A stretch of DNA of 64,000 nucleotides from an uncultured archaeon (GTDB lineage: Archaea; Iainarchaeota; Iainarchaeia; Iainarchaeales; 1-14-0-10-31-34). The notes under the pieces were generated by a model, which made no database searches, was not told the origin of the DNA, and worked only from the letters and a program-made list of their open reading frames with translations. Shown piece after piece: positions 50,301 to 60,964 of this stretch. Every line of letters begins with the position of its first letter. Positions within the stretch are counted from its first letter, which is position 1. Both the position numbers and the translations under genes were made by a program. The DNA lies in the NCBI GenBank assembly GCA_964608675.1, contig CAZSOZ010000001.1, forward strand, positions 256,001 through 320,000, written 5' to 3'.

Positions 50301-51941
50301 ATGAAAAAATTAATTTTTGTGTTTTTGATTTTGTTTTCTTCTTGTGTGTTTTCTTTGGAGTTAACAGGACTGGATTATGTGGATTCTGACAGTTTTTCTC
50401 GGACAATTACTGAAACGCAGGCTGTAATTACTTTAAAGCAGGGAATGCAGGCAACCGCGACCGCTGAATCAATTCAGAAAGCTGAAGGATTTGAAAAAGA
50501 AGTTGTTTTAATCCTTGAAGAAAACTCAAAACTTTTTAATAAAGAAAACTCTGATTTAATTATTTCAGAAATAACTCTTGTTTTGAAAGGCGCAGACATT
50601 TATTCAAGAGGAAAAAATTTTTATGCTTCTGTTTTGGTTGTAGAAGAACCTTCTGTGTCTTCGCCTTATTATTCCAGTATTAATTCGTCTGGAGCAGATG
50701 GAGAAACCGGAACCTGGAACGGTCCGTTAAAGGAATTAAATAACGGGGAATGCGGAAACTGCACTAATTACAATAAAGTTTGTGCAATTGATTCAGATTC
50801 CAGAAAAGCAAAAAAAGGAAAAAACGCAGGAAACATTTTAATTGATTTTGCTGAAATAAAAGCTGATGTTTCTTTTTTGAGTAAAGGAGGAAAAGGAGGA
50901 AACGGAGCAAATGGAAAGGATGAAGCTGTTATTGGTACTGGTGTTTTTCAGTATTCTATTCGCGGAGGAAACGGCGCTGACGGCGGAAACGCAGGAAAAA
51001 TTACAATTAATGAATTAAATCTTTTGGATGGCTTGCTTGGCTTTAATGTTTCAGGAGGCGAAGGCGGTTCAGGGGGCTCAGGCGGTGAAGGCGGTGAAGG
51101 CGGAGATAATACTGGTGCAGGAGATGCTCATGACGGAGGCGACGGCGGAAACGGAGGCAATGCAGGAAAAATTGAAATAAACAAGTTAATTAATGTTTCT
51201 TCTTCTGAAATACAAATTTTTTCTTTAGGAGGACAGCCTGGTTCAGGAGGTTCAGGAGGAAAAACTTTGGATTGGATGGGCTGTGATGCCCAGAATGGTT
51301 TGAACGGCCAAAAAGGTTTTTCCGGAGAAGTAATTTTAACTGACTTAAAGGGAACTGCTCCAAAGCAGATTAAATCAGGAAGCATTCTGCTTGATGGTTT
51401 TCTTTCTGAAAAAATTAGTTTTTTAACAGGAACAAATTATTCTGCTTTAACTGAAAATAATTCAGGAAATCTTTTAATTAATGCCTGTGGTTTTTCCGGT
51501 GAAGGAATGCAATTAACTGAACAGGGTTTTCCGCAGATTTCTTTTTCTGCTGACATCCTTGAAGTTAAATCTTGGAATCCCTTGCTTTTGTTTGATAAAA
51601 CTTTGCTGAATGCAGGAAATTTGCTTGCAGTAAAAGATGATTCCTGTAATTTAACTCCAAGAAAGCTTATGAGGATTCCTTTTAACGGCAGAATTAAAGA
51701 CAAACAGAATAATTTAGTTGAATCAGGTTCAGTTAAAGACATTCAAATAATTAATTCTCTTACAAACGAAATTGAATTTGAAGATTCTTTTGAAAGAAGT
51801 TTTTCTAATGGCGTGTTTTCAACTTTAATTACCGCAGAACTTTATTCTAATTCTTTTTATGAGATTTCTTTTAGTGTATGCAGTGATAATGAATGTGATG
51901 ATTTTGCATTTCAGTTTTTTACGTGGAAGAGGTTGTGGTAA
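50301..51941 (+). CDS. Secreted Gly-rich repeat protein, paralogue of the upstream gene
   Basis: Signal peptide MKKLIFVF..., GG.GG.G / GGNAGKI.I repeats, and a C-terminal G.IK.....FS.G.F segment shared with the upstream gene. Confidence 0.75.
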   Translation: MKKLIFVFLILFSSCVFSLELTGLDYVDSDSFSRTITETQAVITLKQGMQATATAESIQKAEGFEKEVVLILEENSKLFNKENSDLIISEITLVLKGADIYSRGKNFYASVLVVEEPSVSSPYYSSINSSGADGETGTWNGPLKELNNGECGNCTNYNKVCAIDSDSRKAKKGKNAGNILIDFAEIKADVSFLSKGGKGGNGANGKDEAVIGTGVFQYSIRGGNGADGGNAGKITINELNLLDGLLGFNVSGGEGGSGGSGGEGGEGGDNTGAGDAHDGGDGGNGGNAGKIEINKLINVSSSEIQIFSLGGQPGSGGSGGKTLDWMGCDAQNGLNGQKGFSGEVILTDLKGTAPKQIKSGSILLDGFLSEKISFLTGTNYSALTENNSGNLLINACGFSGEGMQLTEQGFPQISFSADILEVKSWNPLLLFDKTLLNAGNLLAVKDDSCNLTPRKLMRIPFNGRIKDKQNNLVESGSVKDIQIINSLTNEIEFEDSFERSFSNGVFSTLITAELYSNSFYEISFSVCSDNECDDFAFQFFTWKRLW

Positions 51942-54900
51942 TGGATTCATTGAAGGAAGAACTTAATGCTTTGAAGGGTTTAGTTAAAAAAAAGGAAAAA
52001 AAACCTGAACAAAAAGAAGAGAAAAAACCAGAAAAAAAAACTTCTGCAGAAAAAATTGAAGAACAAAAATCATTTGATTCAAAATCAATTGAATTGCAGG
52101 AAAGCAAGAGTCCTGAATTACAGCCTTTAAAGGAAAACCCTGAAAAAATCCAAAAACAAAATAATTTTCTTGATTCAAAGAAATTTAAGCAGTCTTCTAA
52201 GTTTTCTGAAGCTGAATCAAATTCAAATCCTGTTCTTGATTTCTATTATTTTTTTGAAGACAAATATTATGCTTTTCTGGACAAAGTAAATAATTTTTTT
52301 CCTGTTTATAAGGTAGTTGACCCTATTGATAGAATTCTTCCTTCTTTTCTTTTGTTTTTGGGTTTAATTCTTTTAATTCTTGTTTTATTGTTTTCTGTTT
52401 TTGTTGTTCCTTTTCAGGCTAAAGCAAAACTTACTGTTCAAGTAATTAAAAAGGATTCAGGGAATCCTTTGTCTGATTTTAATGTTGTTGTTTTTGTTGA
52501 CGGAGAAAAAAGTGTTTTTATTACAGATGAAAACGGAAGAATTGTTTTAACTGAACTGGACTTAAATTCAGGCATTAAAATTCAGGTTAAGGGCGTTGAA
52601 AATTATAAGGATTTCGAGCAAATTGTTTTAGTTGAAGAAGAAGAGTCTTTTTTTACTGTTGAGCTTGAAAGAAAAACAGAAATTGATTCAGGCTGGAACA
52701 GTAAAACAGTTTATTTTAAGGATGAATACGGAGACCTTGTCAAGAGTATGCTGAGAATTTCTTTTGAATGCTCTGGCAGTAATTCAGGTTTAAAAATAAA
52801 GAATGAATCAGGTTTGACTGCAAGAACCAGCAAAGGAAGTTTGTTAATTGAATTCAATGATTCCTGCGGTGACATTTTTGTTTCTGTTGAATCAAGCAAT
52901 TACGAAAAAATTGAAGGAGAGCTTTTGTCTGGAAGCAGTGTTTATTTGTCGGCTAAAGCAAGTCCTGAAGGAACAATTCACATTAAAGTTAAATACAACG
53001 GAAGCTTGATTGACAGGAAAATGAAGTTTGCTTTGTTTAATCAGAATGAAACTGAACCAATTGACGGTTTTTCTGAGTCAAGCATTTATTCTGGTTCAAA
53101 GTCTTTTGAGTTTAGTCCTGGAACTTATTTCATTAAAGTGTTTGATGCAAACACTTCTAATCCTGAATATGAATGCCCTGATTCTTCTTCAAAGGAATTA
53201 ACTGAAGGAAACGAAATTGAATTTGTTGTTGAATGCTTTTTGGCGGTTCCTGATGATTCTATTTCTGTGAATGTCTTTGACAAGAATTCAGGAAATGCAG
53301 TTGATTCTGTTATTGAATTAAGAAAGAAAACTGATTCAGGTTTTGAATTCGTTAGAGTTTCAAGAAATGTTTCTTCTGTGAATTTTTCTGTTTCAGATGA
53401 AAACAAGTATATTGTTTTGGTTTCAAGCAGGAATTATTTGCCTTATGAAGGAACTGATTTGCTTTCAAAAGGAGATTCTCTTGAAGTTGAATTAATTAAA
53501 GCATCAAACCAGAATTCCGGCAAAGCTTTAATTAGTGTTTTGGATGCAGATAATAATCCTTCTTCAGGTGCAAAAATTTATTTGAGGTATTCTGACGGAA
53601 AACTAATGGATTTAAGAACGCCTTATTCTGTGTCTTCAGGTTTTAACGGCGAAGCTTTAATTGAGGGAATTAAGCCGGGAAATTATTATGCTGAAGCGTT
53701 TACTAATACGCAAAAAGGTTTTTCTGCTCCAGCCGAAATTGACGCGAACTCTGTTTCCAATTTTACTGTCAGCATGGAAAAATCCCGCGGGTTTGTTGAA
53801 TTAAAGGCTTTTGATTTGGATTCAGGAGATGAATTAGAAAATTTTACTGTTGAATTTTTTGATTCTTTTAGTTTAAGGAAACTTAATGAAAGCGTTTTTG
53901 TTTTTAATCCTTCAACAGGAATTTATGCTTTTGATGCAGGAGAATATTTTGCGGTTGTTTTAAAGAACGGTTTTTATTCAACTCAGACTGCAGTTTTTTC
54001 TGTTTCAAAGAATGCAAAAACTTATGTTAATGTGATGTTAAGAGAAAAAGAACAGGACGATAATCCAGTTTTAATTGATTTTATTGGATTAAAGAAGAAC
54101 GGTCAACCAGTTAATTCTCTTGATTTAGGCGAAGAATATTCAGCTGAATTCAATCTTACTTTAAAGAATGATTCTGATATGTTTTTCTTTAATTTTTTGA
54201 TTGGAACAGGAAAAGAAAATTTAATGCAGGATGATTCTTTGTTTATTTCTTCTGTTTTAACTCCTTTTGATGATGCAGTTGAAGTATTAAAGTCAACTTC
54301 TTTTACTGGAAATTTTTCTGTTGACTTTAATGAAAATTCCACTTCAGGAAATGCTAAAGCTGTTTTGGTTTCATTTAATGAATTTGATAAAGCAGAACTT
54401 GATGCTGAATCTTTTATTGTTTCAGCTAAAATAAAATTAAAAGACAAAATCCTTGATGCAGACAACTTGTCTTTGTTTTACAAGGCTTTGGCTGTGTCTG
54501 ATCCTGAAGAACCTTTTTATTTCCTTGACCCTGAAGATGAAAGGGATTTCAGTTCTTTGCAGGCAAGAACTTATTCTAATGCAAAAACTCAAGGCATTAA
54601 TTTGTGTGAAGAAAATTTTTGTTATTCTTTTTTGGTTGAATCAGTTTCTTCTGATGATTCATGCAAAGTAATCAGGCATGGTTCTGTTTCAAGCCTTAAA
54701 ATTAATTGTCCTTATAATTTGATTTCTTTTCTTTTAAACAACAAAAAAGATTATGATTCAGTTAATTTTTTTGTTCAGAATTCTTCTTTGGAGATTCCTT
54801 CTGTTCTTTTGAATGCAGTTGAATTCAATGATTATTTGATTGAAACAAAACAAAATAATTTTTCAGACACAGCTAACAGCAGTGTTATTGAAGTTTCTCT

Positions 54901-57900
54901 GCCTTTTAATTTAAATCATTTAATTTATTCTGATGCAAATTTTATTCCAGTTAATTTAATTAAAAGTGACTCAAAAATTCCTGCAATTGAATCAGGGATT
55001 TCAAAAACAGGAAAAATTGATTCTAATTTCCTTGAACTTCAAATAAGAAGCGATTTAAATCTGAATGTGTTTGTTTCTCCTGCTGAAGTTCCTGCTTTCA
55101 CTCAAACTGATTTAACTGTTGAAGTTTTGGATGAACAGGGAAACTCAATTGAATTTGCTTCAGTTAAATTGAAGATTCAGGATTCTGTTTCAGGGCAAAC
55201 TTTAAATTTAGGTCCTTTGGATACGGATTCTTTTGGCAAAGCAGTTTTTATTGGAAGCAATGCAGTTCCTGAATTGAATCCTAATTCCAGAATTGAAATC
55301 ATAGTTGAAGCAGAAGACCTTGAACCAAAATCAAAAATAATTTTTGTAGGCAAACCCATTACTTTTGATTTTTCTCCAAAAACTTTTTTGATGGTGTTTT
55401 CTCCTTTGGATAATTCAATTCATTCAGTTGACTTGAATTTTTTTAGTTTATTGGATGAAGATTCTGATGTAAGGCAGGAAATAACGGGTTATTCTATTGA
55501 ATTTGAATCTAATTCAGATTTTTTTGTTGAAAAATCTTTGTATGGGTATCAAAGAGAGTTTGTTCCTGAAGGAATTTTAACTGAATTCAAGCTTTCTTTG
55601 GATACATCCAAAACAGAAAATTTGACTTCTACTCTGGCTGTTGATGCAAATCTTAATCTTACAATAAGAACAGGAAATTATTTTTTTATTGAATCAATTC
55701 CTTTTAAAGTTTTAATTAATCCGCTGTCTGATTACGTTAAAGCGCAATTCAAAGGAAAAGACGTTAATTCAGATAATCCTGTTGTTGTTTCGTTGTTTTC
55801 TGATTCAATTTCTTCTGTCGGAGAATTTGATTTAGTCAGAAAAAATTCTTTGGCTGAACAAATTAAAATTAATGAAATTCAATTGGTGTTGTCTTCTGCT
55901 TTTGTTGATTTTCCGCAAACTGAATTCAGCTTGAATTCTCATCAAGAAAGGTTTATTTCTTCGGTTCCTTTGACGGTTGATTTTACTGTTTTTTTGAATG
56001 ATTTAGCTGAATTTGTTGATGAAAAAACAATTGAAAACGCAGGAATTTTCTTTGAGTTTAATGCAGACAACAAAAAAGATTTTTTGATGGTGCCTTTAAC
56101 AATTGAAATAATTCCTGAAAATGATGCGTTGAAAACTTTTCCTAAAAACCTGAATTACAGTTTTTATTTAAGAGAGGATTCTCCTGAAACAATTTTTAGG
56201 ACAGTCAATTTTAAAAGCGAGTCAAGCGATTTTCCAATTACTATTACTTCTGTTGGATTTGAATTGGATTCTGAGTTAGTTTCTCAAGGAGAAATTCAGG
56301 GAATGGATACTCCTTCTTTAATCAGGAATGAAGGAAGGGATGCAAATTTTTTCTTGTCTTTGACTGAAGCAGGAAAAGCTCTTCAAACCAGCAGAGTAAT
56401 TGACGCAAACCTTTCAGTTTATTATGAAGTTAAAGGAAAAGAGTTAAATGAAAAAATTCCTGTTAATATTTCAATTTTAACTGTTCCTGAAGACATTGAA
56501 TCCCAGACTTTTGATTTAAAAGCGTGTATTGGAGAAGGCTCTCTGCAGGACTCTAAAGAAAACTTTGAAGTGGATTTTTGGATTGGATGCAATTTAAGTG
56601 AATTGTCTAATTCAGATTTAAGGGAATGTTATTCTGGTGCAGAAGAAAAACCAAAAATTCTTCTTGACTGGAAATTTAATTCTTTTTCTGTTAATTCTTT
56701 TGATTCTGAAGGCTCTTGTACAAAGAGTTCTGCTGAAGACAATTCTTATGTTTACTGCGATGGAGCACAGTTTTCAATGGAATTAATTAACAGAATAATT
56801 GAATTCAAAAAAGAAAATTCTGAAGGAAATTTTTCTTTTAAAGCAGTGCTTATTTCAGATAATTTTTCTTTTGATTTTTTTGATGATTTTGATGAATGGG
56901 CAGTAAACAATGTTTTAACTGCAGGAACTCCTGCTTCTTACAATCAAACAGAAGAAGAAGCTGATTATGGAATTGTAAGAAAGTATTTTCATCAAAACAG
57001 AATTGATGTTTTTGTTAACGGAGTACCGCAGACTGAAATTAATTCTCCGGGCTGGTATGATGTTTCAGTTAATGCTGGCGAAAAACTTGAATTGCATTTT
57101 AATTTAATTCAGTCGTCTTCTCAGCTTGAAAGAGAAAAAGATTATGTGTTTTATTATATTCCTTTTGATGGAGAAATCGGATTAAATAATTCTGTTTTTA
57201 ACAGGCCTGATTATGGTTCAAGTTTTGATGTTGTTTCTTCTTCCGGAAACTTTAAAGTAAATGAATCAGGTTTCAGTATTTTTTCTTCTCAGGAAATTTC
57301 CGGTTTTAGTTCTTTGTGGTTCAGGCAGATTAATGATTTTAGTTTAATTAATTCAATTGAACCAAAAGGCACTTTATTGAAGTTAACTAAAAACGCAGAA
57401 GACAAAACAATTGATTTTTATCAGGGGTTTGCTACTCCTTTGGCTTTGAAGGCAGTTTTGTCTCAGACAGCAGACCCTGCTTTAATTTATTATTCTGTTT
57501 TAAATCAAAACCAGCAGGCCTTGAATCTTCAGTCTGATAACTTAATTGAATGGCAAGGATTAGGAAACCAGTGCATTGATTTTTCTGGAAATGAAATGCA
57601 AAACAAACTTTATTCTGATTTAAAAGCTGATTCTTCTGACCAGCCAAACGTTGACTCAGACACTTCTTTTAAGTTAATGTGGCCAAGCGCTCTTCATACA
57701 GGCTCCAATTTTTATTTTGGTTTGGCGTTCACTCCTGTTAATTCAGATTCTTATTATTTAAATATTGTGAATTATTCCGGAAACCCTTTTGAATTAATTA
57801 AATTGTATTCAAGGAATTCAGATGATGAAAGCAATCCTTCTGCTGAAAAAAACTTTATTGAATTGAATGGTTTGGAGGGAGTAAATTTTAATCATGCTCC

Positions 57901-58075
57901 GAATTCTTATTCTGATTCAATGCAGGATTTATTCAATTTAATTGAACAGGATTATGCCTGCATTACAAATCAAGCCAATACAACTTATGTTTTGTGGAAT
58001 AAAGAAAAATTTTTGAATGAAATGAATTCAAGAATTAACAGTTTGAATCCAGAGAATTTGTGTATTATTGAATAA
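51941..58075 (+). CDS. Giant (about 2040 aa) membrane-anchored surface protein with carboxypeptidase-regulatory-like/Ig-like repeats
   Basis: Charged N-terminus, one TM near aa 140-165, and repeats like V.D....P..GA.I......TD..G.A....PG.Y. TAATG-coupled to the upstream gene. Confidence 0.82.
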   Translation: MDSLKEELNALKGLVKKKEKKPEQKEEKKPEKKTSAEKIEEQKSFDSKSIELQESKSPELQPLKENPEKIQKQNNFLDSKKFKQSSKFSEAESNSNPVLDFYYFFEDKYYAFLDKVNNFFPVYKVVDPIDRILPSFLLFLGLILLILVLLFSVFVVPFQAKAKLTVQVIKKDSGNPLSDFNVVVFVDGEKSVFITDENGRIVLTELDLNSGIKIQVKGVENYKDFEQIVLVEEEESFFTVELERKTEIDSGWNSKTVYFKDEYGDLVKSMLRISFECSGSNSGLKIKNESGLTARTSKGSLLIEFNDSCGDIFVSVESSNYEKIEGELLSGSSVYLSAKASPEGTIHIKVKYNGSLIDRKMKFALFNQNETEPIDGFSESSIYSGSKSFEFSPGTYFIKVFDANTSNPEYECPDSSSKELTEGNEIEFVVECFLAVPDDSISVNVFDKNSGNAVDSVIELRKKTDSGFEFVRVSRNVSSVNFSVSDENKYIVLVSSRNYLPYEGTDLLSKGDSLEVELIKASNQNSGKALISVLDADNNPSSGAKIYLRYSDGKLMDLRTPYSVSSGFNGEALIEGIKPGNYYAEAFTNTQKGFSAPAEIDANSVSNFTVSMEKSRGFVELKAFDLDSGDELENFTVEFFDSFSLRKLNESVFVFNPSTGIYAFDAGEYFAVVLKNGFYSTQTAVFSVSKNAKTYVNVMLREKEQDDNPVLIDFIGLKKNGQPVNSLDLGEEYSAEFNLTLKNDSDMFFFNFLIGTGKENLMQDDSLFISSVLTPFDDAVEVLKSTSFTGNFSVDFNENSTSGNAKAVLVSFNEFDKAELDAESFIVSAKIKLKDKILDADNLSLFYKALAVSDPEEPFYFLDPEDERDFSSLQARTYSNAKTQGINLCEENFCYSFLVESVSSDDSCKVIRHGSVSSLKINCPYNLISFLLNNKKDYDSVNFFVQNSSLEIPSVLLNAVEFNDYLIETKQNNFSDTANSSVIEVSLPFNLNHLIYSDANFIPVNLIKSDSKIPAIESGISKTGKIDSNFLELQIRSDLNLNVFVSPAEVPAFTQTDLTVEVLDEQGNSIEFASVKLKIQDSVSGQTLNLGPLDTDSFGKAVFIGSNAVPELNPNSRIEIIVEAEDLEPKSKIIFVGKPITFDFSPKTFLMVFSPLDNSIHSVDLNFFSLLDEDSDVRQEITGYSIEFESNSDFFVEKSLYGYQREFVPEGILTEFKLSLDTSKTENLTSTLAVDANLNLTIRTGNYFFIESIPFKVLINPLSDYVKAQFKGKDVNSDNPVVVSLFSDSISSVGEFDLVRKNSLAEQIKINEIQLVLSSAFVDFPQTEFSLNSHQERFISSVPLTVDFTVFLNDLAEFVDEKTIENAGIFFEFNADNKKDFLMVPLTIEIIPENDALKTFPKNLNYSFYLREDSPETIFRTVNFKSESSDFPITITSVGFELDSELVSQGEIQGMDTPSLIRNEGRDANFFLSLTEAGKALQTSRVIDANLSVYYEVKGKELNEKIPVNISILTVPEDIESQTFDLKACIGEGSLQDSKENFEVDFWIGCNLSELSNSDLRECYSGAEEKPKILLDWKFNSFSVNSFDSEGSCTKSSAEDNSYVYCDGAQFSMELINRIIEFKKENSEGNFSFKAVLISDNFSFDFFDDFDEWAVNNVLTAGTPASYNQTEEEADYGIVRKYFHQNRIDVFVNGVPQTEINSPGWYDVSVNAGEKLELHFNLIQSSSQLEREKDYVFYYIPFDGEIGLNNSVFNRPDYGSSFDVVSSSGNFKVNESGFSIFSSQEISGFSSLWFRQINDFSLINSIEPKGTLLKLTKNAEDKTIDFYQGFATPLALKAVLSQTADPALIYYSVLNQNQQALNLQSDNLIEWQGLGNQCIDFSGNEMQNKLYSDLKADSSDQPNVDSDTSFKLMWPSALHTGSNFYFGLAFTPVNSDSYYLNIVNYSGNPFELIKLYSRNSDDESNPSAEKNFIELNGLEGVNFNHAPNSYSDSMQDLFNLIEQDYACITNQANTTYVLWNKEKFLNEMNSRINSLNPENLCIIE

Positions 58076-59275
58076 TTAATTTAATTGAGAGTCAATTATT
58101 GAATTAATTTTTTCTGGGTCAAAACCTAATTTAATTAATTTTGTCTGGCCTTTTATGCCTGGACCTGAAGCTGAAGTTAAAATTAATCCGTATGTTTCAA
58201 GTTCGTTTATGTACTGCCTGTACCATCTTGAACTCACTATGGTTTCCTTTAAATTTAATGCTAATTGCTTGTATTTTTCGTATACTTCTCCTGAATAAAG
58301 AACTCCTTGTTCTTCTTTTCCTGTTATTTTTTTGATTCCTTTTGTACTCATAGACAAAACTGCTATTGCTTTTAAAACCAACTGTTGTTGTTCAGGCAAA
58401 GTGGAAACCATATTAAAAATTATGTCTTCTTCTACTTTCTTTTTTGCTTTTTGTACTTCCAAATCAGTTACTTTTTTTTTGCTGTCTTTTTCTGCTATTT
58501 CTCCTGCTCTCATTAACAGCATTACTGCTGTTCTTGCGTCCCCTGATTCCTGTGCAGCAATTGCTGATGCAAGGTTTACTGCAGATTCTGCTACTGCTTC
58601 AGGAAAGAAAGCTAATTCAACTCTTGCATTAAGTATTGCTCTTAATTCTTCTGCGTTGTATGGCGGAAAAACCATTTCTTTTTCGCATAAAGAGCTTTTT
58701 GTTCTTGCATCAAGTTTTTCTTTGAATATTAAATTATTTGATATTCCTATAATTGAGATTCCTCCTTTTTCTATTTCGTCGTTGCTTCTGCTTAAAGAAT
58801 ACACTAATTCATCTACGTCTTTTACTTTGTCTATTTCATCTAAAATCAGTATTATTTGGCTTCCTTTACTGCAGTATTCAATTAATTTTTCTTGAATGAA
58901 TCCTGCTGAATAACCAATAAAATTGTCTTTTGGATAAAATTTTTTTACTGCTTTAATTAAAACCTTGTATTTTGAGTTATGGTTTCTGCAGTTAATGTAA
59001 TTGCATGAAACTTTTGCCTGATTTTTTTCTGCAAATTCTTCTAATTGTTTTATTACGTGCAAGGTTACAGTTGTTTTTCCTGTTCCTACTTTTCCATATA
59101 AAAATAAGTTGTCGGGTTTTTTTGATTTCAATGACGGAGCAAGAATTTTTGTTATTTCTTCTATTTGTTTTTCTCTGAAAGGAAGTTCTTTTGGAAAATA
59201 ATGCTGGCTGATTGCATCCCTGTCTTTGAAAATGGTTTCCCTGTTTAATTCTTTTTCAAATAAATTTGGCATCAA
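58076..59275 (-). CDS. cdc6: Orc1/Cdc6 replication initiator
   Basis: LPFRE, GKVGTGKT, YINC, ILDEID, FPPYNAEEL, GDAR and a C-terminal wHTH. Confidence 0.96.
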   Translation of the reverse strand: MMPNLFEKELNRETIFKDRDAISQHYFPKELPFREKQIEEITKILAPSLKSKKPDNLFLYGKVGTGKTTVTLHVIKQLEEFAEKNQAKVSCNYINCRNHNSKYKVLIKAVKKFYPKDNFIGYSAGFIQEKLIEYCSKGSQIILILDEIDKVKDVDELVYSLSRSNDEIEKGGISIIGISNNLIFKEKLDARTKSSLCEKEMVFPPYNAEELRAILNARVELAFFPEAVAESAVNLASAIAAQESGDARTAVMLLMRAGEIAEKDSKKKVTDLEVQKAKKKVEEDIIFNMVSTLPEQQQLVLKAIAVLSMSTKGIKKITGKEEQGVLYSGEVYEKYKQLALNLKETIVSSRWYRQYINELETYGLILTSASGPGIKGQTKLIKLGFDPEKINSIIDSQLN

Positions 59276-59391
59276 TAACTTTTTAATTTAAAAATGAATT
59301 TAAACTCAACTCCTTTTTTTTCACATTCTTTTTAAAATATGTTCTTTTCAGGTAATATTGTAGAATTTCGTTTTTTTTAGGGGTGATATTT

Positions 59392-59748
59392 TTGGGTTTC
59401 ATGGATAAAATGTTCAAGAAACAAGAAGATTCTGTTGATATTGAAGAATTTTTAAATAATTTGGATGTAGAAGAAGAAACAATGGTGGAAGAAGCAGATG
59501 CTTATGTTAAACCTGTTTCTCTTACAGGAGACGAAGACACTGTTATGGTAACAGATGAATTAAAGAAAGGAAACATTGTTCTTCTTAACATAGGCGATTT
59601 ATCAAAAAGAAATGCAATTAAATTAAGGGAATTAGTTGGAAGAATCAAAGGAGTCGCAGACGAAATTAACGGAGACATTGCAAGAATTTCTACTGAAAGA
59701 ATTCTGGTTACTCCTTCAAAAGTTAAAATTATTAAGAGAAAAGAGTAA
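59392..59748 (+). CDS. sepF: Cell division protein SepF
   Basis: ELKKGNIVLLNI...GDIARI...ILVTP..VKI. A GGGGTGA RBS precedes TTG at 59392. Confidence 0.92.
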   Translation: MGFMDKMFKKQEDSVDIEEFLNNLDVEEETMVEEADAYVKPVSLTGDEDTVMVTDELKKGNIVLLNIGDLSKRNAIKLRELVGRIKGVADEINGDIARISTERILVTPSKVKIIKRKE

Positions 59749-59757
59749 TCTTTTATT

Positions 59758-60525
59758 ATGAAGTTAAAAGAAAATTCTTTTCCTTTGTCTTTTTCTTTAG
59801 ATAATGCAACTTCTTTTATTAAATCTGTTTTAGAAGAAAAAGACTGGCATGAATTTGAAGTAATTGAAGTCAAAATAGTTTTTTTTCCTTATTATTTTTT
59901 TTCTTATGAAGCCTTTTTTGAATCCGAAAAACACGGAAAAAAAATTGTTTCTGAAACAGCAAATGGAAAGCTTGCTTTGAATGGAATTACAGGGCAATTA
60001 GATGACTCTGTTTCTTTTCCTTCTTCAGATGAATTAGTTCAGGAAATAGATGAACTTCCTGAAAACATTCCTTTTCAGGAGGAATCTTTTGAATTAAATG
60101 AAAAAATCGAGGAAATCCTTAAAATTAAAACTGCAGGGCATTTAAAGACAGCAAAAGAAACTGTTGTAATTCATTCAATTAAAAAAGTTTTGTATCCTGT
60201 CTGGGTAATTGATTTTTCTGTTGAAGAACAAATTTATCAGTTTATGGTTTCAGGAACAGATGGAAGCATTATTTCAGAAGAAGAAATTCCTGAAAGACAA
60301 CAAGGTTTTTGGGAAATTACTTCAGAAACGCTTGCTGAATTAAAGTCTCCTTCTTCTTGGATTAATTATACTACTTCAATTGTTTCTGATTCAGCAAATT
60401 TTATTTCTAAAACCACTTTTTCTGGCAGTTTAATTTACGGTTTTCTGCATAACTGGAAATATCAGACGTTTATTTTATTGATAATTTTAATTTTGGTGGT
60501 TCTCTGGACTTATGGAATCATTTAG
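59758..60525 (+). CDS. Hypothetical protein with a C-terminal TM, downstream of sepF
   Basis: Two internal P.(Y/W)...F...(V/L).G..G units and a C-terminal hydrophobic helix. Confidence 0.7.
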   Translation: MKLKENSFPLSFSLDNATSFIKSVLEEKDWHEFEVIEVKIVFFPYYFFSYEAFFESEKHGKKIVSETANGKLALNGITGQLDDSVSFPSSDELVQEIDELPENIPFQEESFELNEKIEEILKIKTAGHLKTAKETVVIHSIKKVLYPVWVIDFSVEEQIYQFMVSGTDGSIISEEEIPERQQGFWEITSETLAELKSPSSWINYTTSIVSDSANFISKTTFSGSLIYGFLHNWKYQTFILLIILILVVLWTYGII

Positions 60526-60935
60526 TTTTTTTTGGGTTTTTCCAGAAAATCAAAATGATAATTTAATGCTTTTTCTGTTTTATATAAAACGCTTTTTCCA
60601 GGACTGCCTTTAAATATATTGAAAGTAATTCTTTTTCCTGTAAACTTATTTTTTAATGTTAAAGCATTCCCTGATTTTTTTGGTGTTTTAACAGCATAAA
60701 ATCCAAGTTTTTGAAATAACCCTGTTATTTGTTTGCAGTCCATTTTTTTTATTTCTTCAAAAACCATTTTTCTGTGAGTCCTTGGAATTGTTTTGTGTTT
60801 TCTTAAAAGCATTTCAAATTTTGTTTGAAAACCAGTATTTTTTTTGAATCTTCTTATTTTTCCTCTGCAGACATATTCCTGTAAAGGATTGATTTTTCTT
60901 TTTGGTTTTTTTAATTTTTTAATTGGTTTAGGCAT
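60522..60935 (-). CDS. Basic hypothetical protein, C-terminus weakly HicA-like
   Basis: Likely start MPKPIKK at 60935. LFQKLGF.......SGN..TL......RITF pattern, without the HicA GSH His. Confidence 0.55.
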   Translation of the reverse strand: MPKPIKKLKKPKRKINPLQEYVCRGKIRRFKKNTGFQTKFEMLLRKHKTIPRTHRKMVFEEIKKMDCKQITGLFQKLGFYAVKTPKKSGNALTLKNKFTGKRITFNIFKGSPGKSVLYKTEKALNYHFDFLEKPKKN

Positions 60936-60964
60936 AATTAATTCAGTATTTGTTTTTTGTTTTA

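Noticed and set aside
51055-51170. GC-richer GGCGGTGAA-type tandem repeats as a CRISPR array or foreign DNA
   Set aside because: They are in-frame Gly-rich codons of the 50301-51941 protein, with no repeat-spacer structure.
59276-59391. Replication origin beside cdc6
   Set aside because: The spacer is very short, I found no repeated ORB-like boxes, and there is no visible skew switch.
60522-60935. HicA toxin of a toxin-antitoxin pair
   Set aside because: It lacks the catalytic GSH His and has no adjacent HicB-like gene.
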